A stretch of 64,000 nucleotides of DNA, from the NCBI GenBank assembly GCA_012837615.1, contig DUQX01000004.1, forward strand, positions 3,436-67,435, written 5' to 3'. Below are positions 25,096 to 34,757 of this stretch, one piece after another. The position numbers and the translations under genes are program-made. Source of the stretch: Bacillota bacterium (GTDB lineage: Bacteria > Bacillota > Dethiobacteria > DTU022 > UBA8154). The notes beneath the pieces are model-generated. The model worked only from the letters and a program-made list of their open reading frames with translations. It was not told the origin of the DNA and searched no databases. Position 1 is the stretch's first letter; each line of letters opens with the position of its first letter.

Positions 25096-26113
25096 TACAT
25101 ATTTTTCTAATTACACGTAAAAAGTTTCCATACAATATCTTTTGCAGATCTTTTTCTTTGAATCCCCTTGCGAACAACCCCGCGATAAGAGCGGGAAGGC
25201 AGGAAACATCGGTTAAACCTTTAAGCATTTTTCCCCCCATACCATCAAAATCCGAACCAATACCCAGGTGATCTATCCCGGCTACTTCTGAAATATGTTC
25301 AAAGTGATCGAGCAAAATATTTAAATCCGGATTCTTATCATGAATAAAGTCAGGGTAAAAAGTTAAACCAACAACCCCACCGTTTTCACGCAAGGCTTTT
25401 AACTGATCATCCGTTAAATTTCTATAATGATCGCAAATTTTCTTGGCGTTTGCATGAGATACAACTACCGGGCAAACGGTTGTCTTCAGCACATCCCAAA
25501 AACCTTTGGGACTGATATGGGACAGGTCGATGATCATACCCATGCGGTTCATTTCTTTTACAACTTTTTTCCCAAATCGTGTAAGACCTCCACCGGTTTC
25601 CCTTTCCCCAACACCATCGGCAATCTCATTTCTCTGGTTCCAGGTTAGACCCAAACCCCTTATCCCGAGGCGGTAGAGCATTCTTAAAACGCCCAGATCA
25701 CCTTCGAGCACTTCCCCCCCTTCAACAGTAAGTATTGCCGCAATTTTGCCTTCATTATTTACCCTGAGAAGATCATCATAATTAAAAACTGCCTCTATCC
25801 TTTCTTCACAGGTTTCAATCGTTTGATAAAACAAATCAAGCAGTTGCATACACCTTTTTAACGCATTGCCGTATTTATATTCCGGCTCTATATACAAAGC
25901 AAAAAACTGAACCTTGATCCCTGCAGCTTCCATGCGCGGAAGATCTAGCTGCGCTATAGTATTTTTCTGCGCAAAGTTATATACATCCTTCATTTCCGCA
26001 AATAAATGAACAGTATCACAATGAGCATCGATAATTCCCCCGTTATATTGCATCTTCTGACCTGACTCCATTTCCGACTCCCTTTCTTGATATTTTTTTA
26101 TATAAAAAAACAC
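25073..26113 (-). CDS. Membrane-dipeptidase-family (peptidase M19) protein
   Basis: IIDAHCDT, GLTWNQRNE and DLSH motifs. Confidence 0.85.
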   Translation of the reverse strand: MFFYIKKYQERESEMESGQKMQYNGGIIDAHCDTVHLFAEMKDVYNFAQKNTIAQLDLPRMEAAGIKVQFFALYIEPEYKYGNALKRCMQLLDLFYQTIETCEERIEAVFNYDDLLRVNNEGKIAAILTVEGGEVLEGDLGVLRMLYRLGIRGLGLTWNQRNEIADGVGERETGGGLTRFGKKVVKEMNRMGMIIDLSHISPKGFWDVLKTTVCPVVVSHANAKKICDHYRNLTDDQLKALRENGGVVGLTFYPDFIHDKNPDLNILLDHFEHISEVAGIDHLGIGSDFDGMGGKMLKGLTDVSCLPALIAGLFARGFKEKDLQKILYGNFLRVIRKICNDDSVEV

Positions 26114-26151
26114 ACCTGTTAAAAGAGAGGTGTTCCATAAGAAGGCATTCT

Positions 26152-26209
26152 TGTCATTCTGAACTTAGTGAAGAATATTCTTAATAACTTCGCTTCACTC
26201 AGTATGACG
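26152..26209. repeat. Second copy of the TGTCAYYCTGA...GCGAAG palindromic element
   Basis: TGTCATTCTGAACTTAGTGAAGAATATTC ... CTTCGCTTCACTCAGTATGACG forms an imperfect inverted repeat. It belongs to the same family as 12453-12537. Confidence 0.45.
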
Positions 26210-26216
26210 GCTTCCT

Positions 26217-26246
26217 AAAAAACACCCACCTAAAGGGTGTATTTTT
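26217..26246 (-). terminator. Intrinsic terminator downstream of spoVS (bidirectional-looking)
   Basis: Stem ACACCC / GGGTGT, flanked by an A-run and a T-run. Confidence 0.65.
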
Positions 26247-26285
26247 CAAAGGTTAAACAATCCAAAATTTTTTATTATAATAATT

Positions 26286-26546
26286 TTAACGGGGTTCAAT
26301 TATTAACTTAATCGCAGTTCTTTCTTCTCCATCGATTTGAATATCTGTAAAAGCAGGAATACATATTAAATCCATACCGCTGGGAGCGACAAATCCCCTG
26401 GCAATAGCAACAGCTTTTACAGCCTGGTTCAGTGCTCCTGCTCCAATGGCTTGAATTTCAGCCCCCCCTCTCTCGCGTAGAACTCCAGCTAGGGCCCCAG
26501 CAACAGAATTAGGATTAGATTTTGCTGAAACTTTTAATACTTCCAT
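26286..26546 (-). CDS. spoVS: Stage V sporulation protein S
   Basis: MEVLKVSAKSNPNSVAGALAGVLRE... is near-canonical SpoVS. AAAGGAGGT lies upstream of the ATG at 26546, so the 108-aa track ORF is an upstream extension. Confidence 0.9.
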   Translation of the reverse strand: MEVLKVSAKSNPNSVAGALAGVLRERGGAEIQAIGAGALNQAVKAVAIARGFVAPSGMDLICIPAFTDIQIDGEERTAIKLIIEPR

Positions 26547-26781
26547 TAATGAATCGCTACCTCCTTTAAATACTACTTTAATTATTGTTAATTTATTATA
26601 TTCTCCAGCCATTGGAAATTTCCTTCTTCTAACTTAAAAAAATTTTATCATTCTTTCAAATATTTACGTTATAACTGCTCCCTGCAATATTATTAAACTA
26701 TTATGCCCTCCCTGCTCTTTACTTACTTTCTTTCCCAGGAGAATATTAGAGCATTAAATTCAAAGGGATATTTATACCGTC

Positions 26782-27294
26782 TTATTTGTCATATATGTAA
26801 ACTTTTCCGGATTCGCGAAAGGCAATTAAATTTTCCTCCTCATTTTTCTTTTTCCGGGGTAGCAAGTACTCAATTAATTCTTCTCTATCAATTGTTTTGT
26901 TATCAAAGTAGCTTTTGCCACGGGTATCGAAAACCAATCCGTCTTTATATTCATTCACCACTAAACTGCTGATAAGATTTACCTCTTCCAAAGAAATTCT
27001 CTCTTTTCTTAATGTTACCTGTAACAGCGTCCACGGCTTAATAAACTTCTTAGAAATCCTCGGAGATGAATGATTGAAACCTGAAAGCTCATTATATGCC
27101 CTAAAAGATGCTAAAAATCCTTTTTTAAAGCGTATGTACTGATCGTTTTCAATTTTTATTTTTAACAGGAACGAAAGCCTAAATTTAGATTGAGCTAGAT
27201 TATAATTTATGGTAAAAATTTCAGGAAAGCGAACAAGTAAATATATTAAAAGATCAACATTAGACAGCTCTTCCGATACCTGCTTTAATTTCAT
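26782..27294 (-). CDS. Hypothetical protein (171 aa from ATG 27294)
   Basis: GGAGTGAAG lies 8 nt upstream of the ATG at 27294. I recognise no family. It occupies the slot between rny and spoVS. Confidence 0.5.
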   Translation of the reverse strand: MKLKQVSEELSNVDLLIYLLVRFPEIFTINYNLAQSKFRLSFLLKIKIENDQYIRFKKGFLASFRAYNELSGFNHSSPRISKKFIKPWTLLQVTLRKERISLEEVNLISSLVVNEYKDGLVFDTRGKSYFDNKTIDREELIEYLLPRKKKNEEENLIAFRESGKVYIYDK

Positions 27295-27412
27295 GTAATC
27301 TTCACTCCTGTCCTTGGTACAAGTTGGTAAAAGAAAAAAATCCTTACAGGAAAAAAACAATAAAGCTAAATTGATAAGTTATTCAATAATAACCCCTTGA
27401 AATCCTTCTAAT

Positions 27413-27435
27413 AAAAAAAAGTGCCTTACGGCACT
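27413..27435 (-). terminator. Intrinsic terminator downstream of rny
   Basis: Stem AGTGCC / GGCACT with a TTAC loop, followed by T8 on the minus strand. Confidence 0.75.
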
Positions 27436-27464
27436 TTTTACCAGATTGCCCTGCCCTTATCGCG

Positions 27465-29003
27465 TTACTTTGCATATTCAATCGCTCTGGTTTCTCTAAT
27501 AACAGTAACTTTTATTTGACCGGGGTATTCCAGCTCTTTTTCTATCTTTTTAGTAATATTCCTCGCCACCTGCACTGCAGCGAGATCGTCAATTTTTTCC
27601 GGTTTTACCATAATACGTATTTCTCGCCCCGCTTGAATAGCATAAGCTTTTTCGACTCCATCGAAGGAATCCGCAATTTCTTCAAGTTTTTCCAACCGCT
27701 TTATATAAGCCTCCAGTGTTTCTCTCCTAGCACCGGGCCTGGCAGCCGAAATTGCATCCGCTGCCTGGACTAACACCGCCTCGAGAGTTTGCGGTTCGAT
27801 ATCACCATGATGGGCGCCGATAGCGTTAATAACCTCGGGAGATTCATGGTACTTTTTAGCCAGTTCTGCCCCGCTTACCACATGGGGGCCGTCAGTTTCA
27901 TGGTTAAGTGCCTTCCCAATATCATGAAGCAGTCCTGCCCTCTTGGCCAGCTTAACATCCAGCCCCAGCTCTGAAGCCATAATCCCTGCAAGGTGAGCGA
28001 CTTCCAGGGAATGTTTAAGAACATTTTGCCCGTAACTCGTACGGAATTTCAAACGACCGAGCATTTTCACCAGTTCTGGATGAAGGCCGTGAATGTTTGC
28101 TTCAAAAGTGGCCTGCTCTCCCTCTTCCCTAATCTGGACCTCAACTTCCTGGCGGGCTTTTTCCACCATGTCTTCTATACGGGCAGGATGAATACGCCCA
28201 TCGATAATGAGCTTCTCTAAGGCCAAACGCGCAACTTCCCTGCGAATAGGGTCAAATCCGGATAGAATTACCGCTTCCGGTGTATCATCAATAATTAAAT
28301 CTATTCCTGTCAATGTTTCTAAAGTTCGGATATTCCTGCCTTCCCTGCCTATGATTCGACCTTTCATTTCATCGTTGGGTAAGTTCACCACAGACACCGT
28401 TGATTCTGAGACATGATCGGCCGCGCACCGTTGGATACCTTGTGTAATAATTTCCCTCGCCCTCTTTTCCGCTTCTTCCCTCGCCTGTTGCTCAACATCT
28501 TTAATCATCTGGGCAATTTCGTGTTGTATTTCATCCTTAACCCTTTGAAGGATCATTTCTTTCGCTTCTGCAGTAGATAATTCGGATATTTTCTCCAGCT
28601 CATTAATCTGCTGCTTATAAATATCCGTTAGCCTTTGCTGAATACGATCGTTTTCTTCAACTCGTTTTTTTAATTCATCTTCTCTCTTTTCAAATTGAGA
28701 AATTTTTTTATCCAGGTTTTCTTCTTTTTGTAAGATGCGCCTTTCCATGCGCTGTAGCTCAAGACGCCGTTCCTTCGTTTCTTTATCAAGCTCATTCCTT
28801 AACCGGTGAACCTCTTCTTTAGCTTCCAAGACTTTTTCTTTCTTTAATGATTGAGCCTTTTCATCTGCTTCGCTGATTATCCTTTTTGCCGCTTCCTCAG
28901 CAGATGCTATTTTCGCCTCTGCAACATATTTACGTATTAAATAACCGGCACCAAATCCTAAAATTAAGCCGATTATTAAAATTATTACTGTTAAAGCTTC
29001 CAA
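27465..29003 (-). CDS. rny: Ribonuclease Y
   Basis: An N-terminal TM helix, a coiled coil, a KH domain ([12 protein letters not shown]) and an HD domain (LLHDIGKA). Confidence 0.95.
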   Translation of the reverse strand: MEALTVIILIIGLILGFGAGYLIRKYVAEAKIASAEEAAKRIISEADEKAQSLKKEKVLEAKEEVHRLRNELDKETKERRLELQRMERRILQKEENLDKKISQFEKREDELKKRVEENDRIQQRLTDIYKQQINELEKISELSTAEAKEMILQRVKDEIQHEIAQMIKDVEQQAREEAEKRAREIITQGIQRCAADHVSESTVSVVNLPNDEMKGRIIGREGRNIRTLETLTGIDLIIDDTPEAVILSGFDPIRREVARLALEKLIIDGRIHPARIEDMVEKARQEVEVQIREEGEQATFEANIHGLHPELVKMLGRLKFRTSYGQNVLKHSLEVAHLAGIMASELGLDVKLAKRAGLLHDIGKALNHETDGPHVVSGAELAKKYHESPEVINAIGAHHGDIEPQTLEAVLVQAADAISAARPGARRETLEAYIKRLEKLEEIADSFDGVEKAYAIQAGREIRIMVKPEKIDDLAAVQVARNITKKIEKELEYPGQIKVTVIRETRAIEYAK

Positions 29004-29378
29004 CTATTTTTTTCACCTCCTGTATTATTTTAGTTTTTTCAAGCTCGATCAATAAAAATAAGCTGTATATTACAGCTTAAAATAGAATGGCCATACTTAT
29101 CCTTTTAAATTGATCATGAAAAAATGATCAAAATATATATTTCAAATATATCAAATATATATTAATTAAAGGTTTTATATTAAATGCCGTTAATATTTTT
29201 CTGGCATCTATCATGGTCAAATCTATTTTAAGTAATAATACTAACTAGCCTTAAGGACGGTATTACAGCCGATATTACAATTGATCCCGCTCAAAAACAA
29301 TTCTATCCCCTTCACAGGCTTATGTCAAGTAATTATTACGATTACTGTTTCATTATCAAAGGATTATCAGCGTTATTA

Positions 29379-30422
29379 TTATTTTGCTTCTTTTATTCCT
29401 TCTTTTTCTTTTCCTTCTTTCTTTTCTGCTGTATTATTTGCCTTAATATTATATAGAACACGGATTTGCTCCTCAATTTCTCTGCAGATATCGGGTTTTT
29501 GTTTAAGGAATTCTTTGGCATTATCCCTGCCCTGTCCCAGTCTGTCTTCTCCATAAGAATACCATGTTCCGCTTTTTTTGATAATATCTTTTTCAATTGC
29601 CAGATCAAGGACACACCCTTCCCGGGAAATGCCTTCACCGTAAATAATGTCAAATTCCGCCTGTTTAAAAGGTGGAGCCACTTTATTCTTGACTACTTTT
29701 GCCCTGGTCCGGCTCCCGATCACGTCATTACCGCGCTTTAAAGCCTCCAACCTCCTGATATCCAGCCGTACAGAAGCATAGAACTTTAATGCCCTTCCCC
29801 CGGGAGTCGTTTCCGGATTACCAAACATAACACCTACTTTTTCTCTGATTTGATTAATAAAAACTGCCGACGTATTTGATTTGCTAATGGCACCGGAAAG
29901 TTTTCTCATTGCCTGTGACATCAGGCGCGCCTGCAGGCCAACATGTACGTCTCCCATTTCACCATCAATCTCCGCCCTCGGCACCAGGGCGGCCACAGAA
30001 TCAACAACAAGAACATCAATTGCGCCACTACGAACCAGCGATTCTGCAATTTCCAAGGCCTGCTCACCAGTATCCGGCTGGGAAACCAGCAATTCATCAA
30101 TGTTAACGCCGAGCTTCTCTGCATAAACCGGATCAAGAGCATGCTCGGCATCTATGAAAGCGGCAAAACCGCCATTTTTCTGAGCTTCAGCAATTACATG
30201 TAAAGCCACCGTGGTTTTACCAGACGACTCCGGCCCAAAAATTTCGATAATCCTCCCTCTAGGTAGCCCTCCTACTCCCAGCGCAATATCCAGCGGCAGC
30301 GCCCCTGTAGAAATGACATCGATATTAGCTTTTGACTCAGAACCCAGTATCATAATTGAGCCCTTGCCGAACTGTTTTTCTATTTGCATCAAAGCCATTT
30401 CCAACGCTTTTTTCTTCTCCAT
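29379..30422 (-). CDS. recA: Recombinase RecA
   Basis: GPESSGKTT Walker A and canonical RecA sequence throughout. Confidence 0.97.
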   Translation of the reverse strand: MEKKKALEMALMQIEKQFGKGSIMILGSESKANIDVISTGALPLDIALGVGGLPRGRIIEIFGPESSGKTTVALHVIAEAQKNGGFAAFIDAEHALDPVYAEKLGVNIDELLVSQPDTGEQALEIAESLVRSGAIDVLVVDSVAALVPRAEIDGEMGDVHVGLQARLMSQAMRKLSGAISKSNTSAVFINQIREKVGVMFGNPETTPGGRALKFYASVRLDIRRLEALKRGNDVIGSRTRAKVVKNKVAPPFKQAEFDIIYGEGISREGCVLDLAIEKDIIKKSGTWYSYGEDRLGQGRDNAKEFLKQKPDICREIEEQIRVLYNIKANNTAEKKEGKEKEGIKEAK

Positions 30423-30469
30423 AGTTCCAAACCTCCTCAGGCTCGATAGTCAACATAATGAAAAATATA

Positions 30470-30483
30470 CTAACATTTGTTTG
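30470..30483. promoter_or_regulatory. Candidate SOS (LexA) box upstream of recA (minus-strand reading CAAACAAATGTTAG)
   Basis: An AAC-N4-GTT dyad 48-61 nt upstream of the recA start. It shares CAAAC-NAAT-GTT with the lexA box. Confidence 0.45.
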
Positions 30484-30490
30484 GTTATGA

Positions 30491-31093
30491 TTAAATATTC
30501 TCTTTTGTCCGGGAATATCCTGCCTGTTTATAGTTTTTTAACAAAAATTTTTTTAACGGTGTGTAAACTGGCCCGGACGGGTAAAGAGTGCTTTGCATTA
30601 AATAAAACCCCCTTACCGCCATGATATTTTTACAAACCCAGCGTTCATCAAAAACACGTTTATTCAAATAAAATCCTTCACGTTTGTTTCTTCTTCCGAG
30701 CGTTAAGTGTGGTTTAAATTTTGATTTCTCCGGCTTGTTAAAAATTGTATGAACAAGGAGCAGCTTATCTATCTCCCGGGCCAGATTGTACAGCTCCCCT
30801 GCGCCTTTATCTACTCCTAGCCAGATAACACGGGGATCTCCCCGATGAGGAAAAGCCCCAAGCGATGAAAAAGAAATATTAAAAGAAGCTGTCAGGCTTC
30901 CCAACTCCCTTAAAGGTTGTTCCAAAAGCTCAATGTCTTCCTCCCTTATCTCACCAAGAAATTTCAAAGTAAGATGCAAAAGTTCGGGCTTAACCCACCT
31001 TACACCCTTTATCTCGGACCTAAGCTCCTGCTGTATTTGAGCAAGCTCATCGATGACTTTTGAATCCAATCTGATTGCTATAAAAGCCCGCAT
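30491..31093 (-). CDS. thpR: RNA 2',3'-cyclic phosphodiesterase / 2'-5' RNA ligase family (ThpR/LigT)
   Basis: Two H-x-T-x motifs (HLTLKFLG and HLTLGR). Confidence 0.85.
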   Translation of the reverse strand: MRAFIAIRLDSKVIDELAQIQQELRSEIKGVRWVKPELLHLTLKFLGEIREEDIELLEQPLRELGSLTASFNISFSSLGAFPHRGDPRVIWLGVDKGAGELYNLAREIDKLLLVHTIFNKPEKSKFKPHLTLGRRNKREGFYLNKRVFDERWVCKNIMAVRGFYLMQSTLYPSGPVYTPLKKFLLKNYKQAGYSRTKENI

Positions 31094-31198
31094 AAAAATC
31101 CTTATCCTCTATCCAATAAATATTCTTATACTCTATTATTTCCATTAATAACATTAAACTCCTGCTAAAAAAATGCTCCTGTCACCTATTCCTTACAA

Positions 31199-32590
31199 TT
31201 AATCATCATCAAAAACAAAGTGTTCAAAACTGTAATTCAGGGGGAATTGTTTAACCTCAATCAGATCCGCGCTCAAGGGGGAATAAGCATCTTTCTTTTC
31301 CGAATACTGCATCCTTAAAAGCACAAGGCTGAAATTAATATCCATGTTTTGTATACCCCTTATACCTGAGGCTCCGGTAGTTCCGGCATTAATTTCAATA
31401 TAATTGCCCTCGTCTTTTACATATGGCGTATGCAGGTGGCCTGAAAGAAGCAAATGATCATTGTTTCGCACGTATTTTAAATAAGCTGGATTATGTACAG
31501 CAATTAGATCTACTCGATCAGCAAAGGAAACCGTTTCCGCTAACTTTCTTGCATTATCCTCGATCATATCCTCGCTCTCAACAGTCATTGCAGCAACGCG
31601 CGATGAGGAGTCGGCTAAGCCGGCTATACGCAGCCCTGCCGTTTCCATTATCCCTTCTTCCAAAACAGAAACGTTTTCGCTCATTTTTAGCTTTTCAATC
31701 ACCAAGGGGGAATCGTGATTTCCGGGGATAAATACGCAAGGAACATCAATTCCATCCATACTATGGGCAAGAAATTCCATCTCCAGCACTGTCCCGTAAT
31801 CTACCCTGTCCCCGGTATCGATAATCAAATCGATATTATAAATGTCTGTAATCCGCCGGATAAAATCAAAGGCAGCGGGATTATTGTGAATATCCGAGAT
31901 ATGGAGAATGTTTATAATACCGCTGTTTTTCTCCACCGCCGCACTTGTTTTCATTTTCTTTTGCATAAGCGAAATATTCTCGACAATATCCGTAAATTGT
32001 AACCCAATCTCTTCAATAATTCCTATTCCTTCCTCTTCCAGGACACTAAAAACCCAGGGCGCTGCCTCCAGTATCCCTTCATATTCAGCATGCGAGAAAG
32101 CCTTGGGATTATAAGAAAAAACCGCCACAGAAATAAGCAGGGATAATACCAGAAAATTTATTAGCCCGCTGTAAAGCATCTCTAATTTGTTATTTTTGTA
32201 ACTTGGCCATAACAAACAGCAGACAGCCCCCGAAATAAAGGCAAGTAGTGATAGCAAAAGAAAATATTTTATAACGTTTGTTTTTAGCTGGCCATAAATA
32301 TTATCCGACCACGAATCTGCTCGGGAGATGGTGGAGGCAAATTCAGACAATTCCTCCAAGTTTATATTTCTCAATGTAAGGCAGATATTAAGAGGTCCGC
32401 TGTGCGTAGACGCTGTTATGTTACCCAGCGGAGGAAAACAGACCTGTGTTTTACCGCTGCCTAATACTTTGATGCTTGTTTCAAATTCAAATGCCCCTGT
32501 TGAAATACTAATCGGACTGAGAAACTGTATGATAACGATCATTATTGCCAAACTAAAAACGATCTTGAGACATCTATTAAATATTTTCAT
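31199..32590 (-). CDS. Membrane-bound calcineurin-like metallophosphoesterase (start taken as ATG 32590)
   Basis: An N-terminal multi-TM region followed by the DIHNN, DTGD, GNHD and GHLH motifs. Confidence 0.75.
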   Translation of the reverse strand: MKIFNRCLKIVFSLAIMIVIIQFLSPISISTGAFEFETSIKVLGSGKTQVCFPPLGNITASTHSGPLNICLTLRNINLEELSEFASTISRADSWSDNIYGQLKTNVIKYFLLLSLLAFISGAVCCLLWPSYKNNKLEMLYSGLINFLVLSLLISVAVFSYNPKAFSHAEYEGILEAAPWVFSVLEEEGIGIIEEIGLQFTDIVENISLMQKKMKTSAAVEKNSGIINILHISDIHNNPAAFDFIRRITDIYNIDLIIDTGDRVDYGTVLEMEFLAHSMDGIDVPCVFIPGNHDSPLVIEKLKMSENVSVLEEGIMETAGLRIAGLADSSSRVAAMTVESEDMIEDNARKLAETVSFADRVDLIAVHNPAYLKYVRNNDHLLLSGHLHTPYVKDEGNYIEINAGTTGASGIRGIQNMDINFSLVLLRMQYSEKKDAYSPLSADLIEVKQFPLNYSFEHFVFDDD

Positions 32591-34088
32591 CTCCGACCTC
32601 ATTTTTTTTATCCCTGCTAAGCAATTCACGCAAATATTTACCGCTGATCCTTTCCTTTTCCAGCAGATACTGCGCGGCCTGTTCAATAATATCCCTGTAT
32701 TTAATAATTATGACACGAACCCTTTCTTCCTGTACGCTGATTATTTCTTTGATACTTTTGTGAAGAACCCCTCCCGGAAGATCCTTTGAGCTGATTACGC
32801 CGAGAGATGACATTCCGGAGCTGATAATTTTTTTTGCCAGTTCAACAGCCTGCTGAAAGTCATTCAAAGCACCCGTGCTGCGGCTTCCAAGAAGCTCCTC
32901 CTCGCTTACTGCTCCGCCAAGCAAAACAGCTATTTGTCCTTCCAGATAATCTTTTGTATGGACATAGCTATCTTTTTCCGGTCTTTGCCGTATATAACCC
33001 ATGGCTTTTCCCCGGGGAACAATCGTAATCGTTGAGATGGAACAAGGTGTAATATACTCGCTGATCAGAGCATGGCCCATTTCATGAATGGCGATACGCC
33101 TTATTTCTTCTTCACTGGGGCGGCGGTCTAATTTTTCCCCCATGATTACTTTGTCAATCGCCTCATTAAAATGTTTTCTTTCCAAGTATTTGCTTTTCTC
33201 CCGCAAGGCTGCAATTGCAGCTTCATTCGCTAAACTTTCCAGATGTGCTCCTGAAAATCCGAAAGTTTCTGCAGCAATTGCTTCCAGCTGGACATCTTTA
33301 GCCAGCGGTTTATTGCGGGTGTGAAGTTTTAATATCTGCTGCCTTCCTTCAAAATCGGGAAGCTCTACCTGGACAATTCGATCAAAACGTCCAGGACGCA
33401 TCAAAGCGCTATCCAAAAGATCGGCTCTGTTCGTTGCACCGATTAACAGTACCCTAATTTCATCATCTGTACCAAGACCATCCATCTCTACCAGGAGTTG
33501 GTTCAAAGTCTGGTCATACTCCAGATGTGAACTATGGCTGCCTCTTTTGGCACCCAGGATTTCTATCTCATCGATGAAGATAATTGCGCTCTGCTTATTC
33601 TTTTTCCTGGCCAGGTTTCTTGCCTGTTGAAATATTTTTCTTACCCTCTGGGCACCTACTCCGGCATACATTTCTATAAATTCACTTCCCGCTGCTGAAA
33701 CAAAAACTGAATCAGTATAAGAAGCAGCTGCTTTGGCCAGCAGCGTTTTCCCCGTTCCCGGAGGTCCAGCCAATAAAATTCCCTTTAATGGCCTGATACC
33801 CATTAACTCAATTTTTTCTGGTATTTTAATAAAATCGAGCGCTTCCAGGAGCTCTTTTTTCGCAATATTTTGCCCCCCGATATCTTCAAATGAAATGGCT
33901 GTGCTTGCTTGATTTTTATTATGTTTTAAAGAAGAAAATTCCTTTATCCCTCCTCTAACATCTAAAACCCTATACAGCAGAAAAAAAATCCCCAGAAAAA
34001 ATAGTAAAGGATATACATTAAATCCCAACCAGACCAAGCCAATTATTACTCCCAGGGCGACCCCTACGCCTACTTCTTTAAGCATCAA
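32577..34088 (-). CDS. Short FtsH-like AAA+ zinc metalloprotease
   Basis: An N-terminal TM pair without a large extracytoplasmic domain. It has Walker A GPPGTGKT, Walker B IIFIDEIE, SRH TNRADLLDSALMRPGRFD, and HEMGHAL. Confidence 0.85.
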   Translation of the reverse strand: MMLKEVGVGVALGVIIGLVWLGFNVYPLLFFLGIFFLLYRVLDVRGGIKEFSSLKHNKNQASTAISFEDIGGQNIAKKELLEALDFIKIPEKIELMGIRPLKGILLAGPPGTGKTLLAKAAASYTDSVFVSAAGSEFIEMYAGVGAQRVRKIFQQARNLARKKNKQSAIIFIDEIEILGAKRGSHSSHLEYDQTLNQLLVEMDGLGTDDEIRVLLIGATNRADLLDSALMRPGRFDRIVQVELPDFEGRQQILKLHTRNKPLAKDVQLEAIAAETFGFSGAHLESLANEAAIAALREKSKYLERKHFNEAIDKVIMGEKLDRRPSEEEIRRIAIHEMGHALISEYITPCSISTITIVPRGKAMGYIRQRPEKDSYVHTKDYLEGQIAVLLGGAVSEEELLGSRSTGALNDFQQAVELAKKIISSGMSSLGVISSKDLPGGVLHKSIKEIISVQEERVRVIIIKYRDIIEQAAQYLLEKERISGKYLRELLSRDKKNEVGDENI

Positions 34089-34624
34089 CTAACCTCCGTG
34101 GATGTATTTATAGGAATTATCTCGTATAAATATTTCTCTTCAGAAGATAACTGCAGGTATATTCTTTTTTGATCTACCCGGAGATGATAATTCTTCAAGC
34201 TTGTCTCGTTGTCAAGCAATAAAGAGACCTCTTTATTCATATTGTTATAATTGCCCCTTCTTTCACCTTCCATTAAGGCATAATGAATTCTATTGTAAAG
34301 TGATTCCAAATATGAGTCTCTTTTGTCCAAAATTACAATTCGATAGGAATCCTGCGCATAAGCCAAATCCAGTATTCCTTCAATTTCTTTGTACGTCTTG
34401 GAAAGGTCCTCTACTTCTTGAAGTAAAATCGAAACTTCCGTTACACTGTTTTTCTGCTTTTTATTGTTTATCTCAACATCCTCTACACCGTTAACATTCA
34501 AAAGCGACTCCCTTAAAGGTTCATCTATAAACCGTTGTTGACGCCAGTAATTTACTCCATATATACATGAAACGGTAAGCACCAGTGCAACCAATACAAC
34601 AGGCCATCTCAAATCTATTTTCAA
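34085..34624 (-). CDS. Hypothetical membrane-anchored protein (179 aa)
   Basis: A single N-terminal TM helix, and a 4-nt ATGA overlap with the FtsH-like gene. I recognise no family. Confidence 0.5.
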   Translation of the reverse strand: MKIDLRWPVVLVALVLTVSCIYGVNYWRQQRFIDEPLRESLLNVNGVEDVEINNKKQKNSVTEVSILLQEVEDLSKTYKEIEGILDLAYAQDSYRIVILDKRDSYLESLYNRIHYALMEGERRGNYNNMNKEVSLLLDNETSLKNYHLRVDQKRIYLQLSSEEKYLYEIIPINTSTEVS

Positions 34625-34757
34625 AACAAATCACCCGCTTTTTGGTTAACATAACATATTTACATAATACATTATAACAAATTTTTTTACCCATGGGAAA
34701 TAAAAAAAACCCTTTTTCGGGTTATTGAGGAAGATATACTGCTCTGGGGTTTACTTT

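Noticed and set aside
26547-26612. A 22-aa N-terminal extension of SpoVS in the ORF track.
   Set aside because: Canonical SpoVS starts at MEVLKV, and a strong AAAGGAGGT RBS precedes that ATG (26546).
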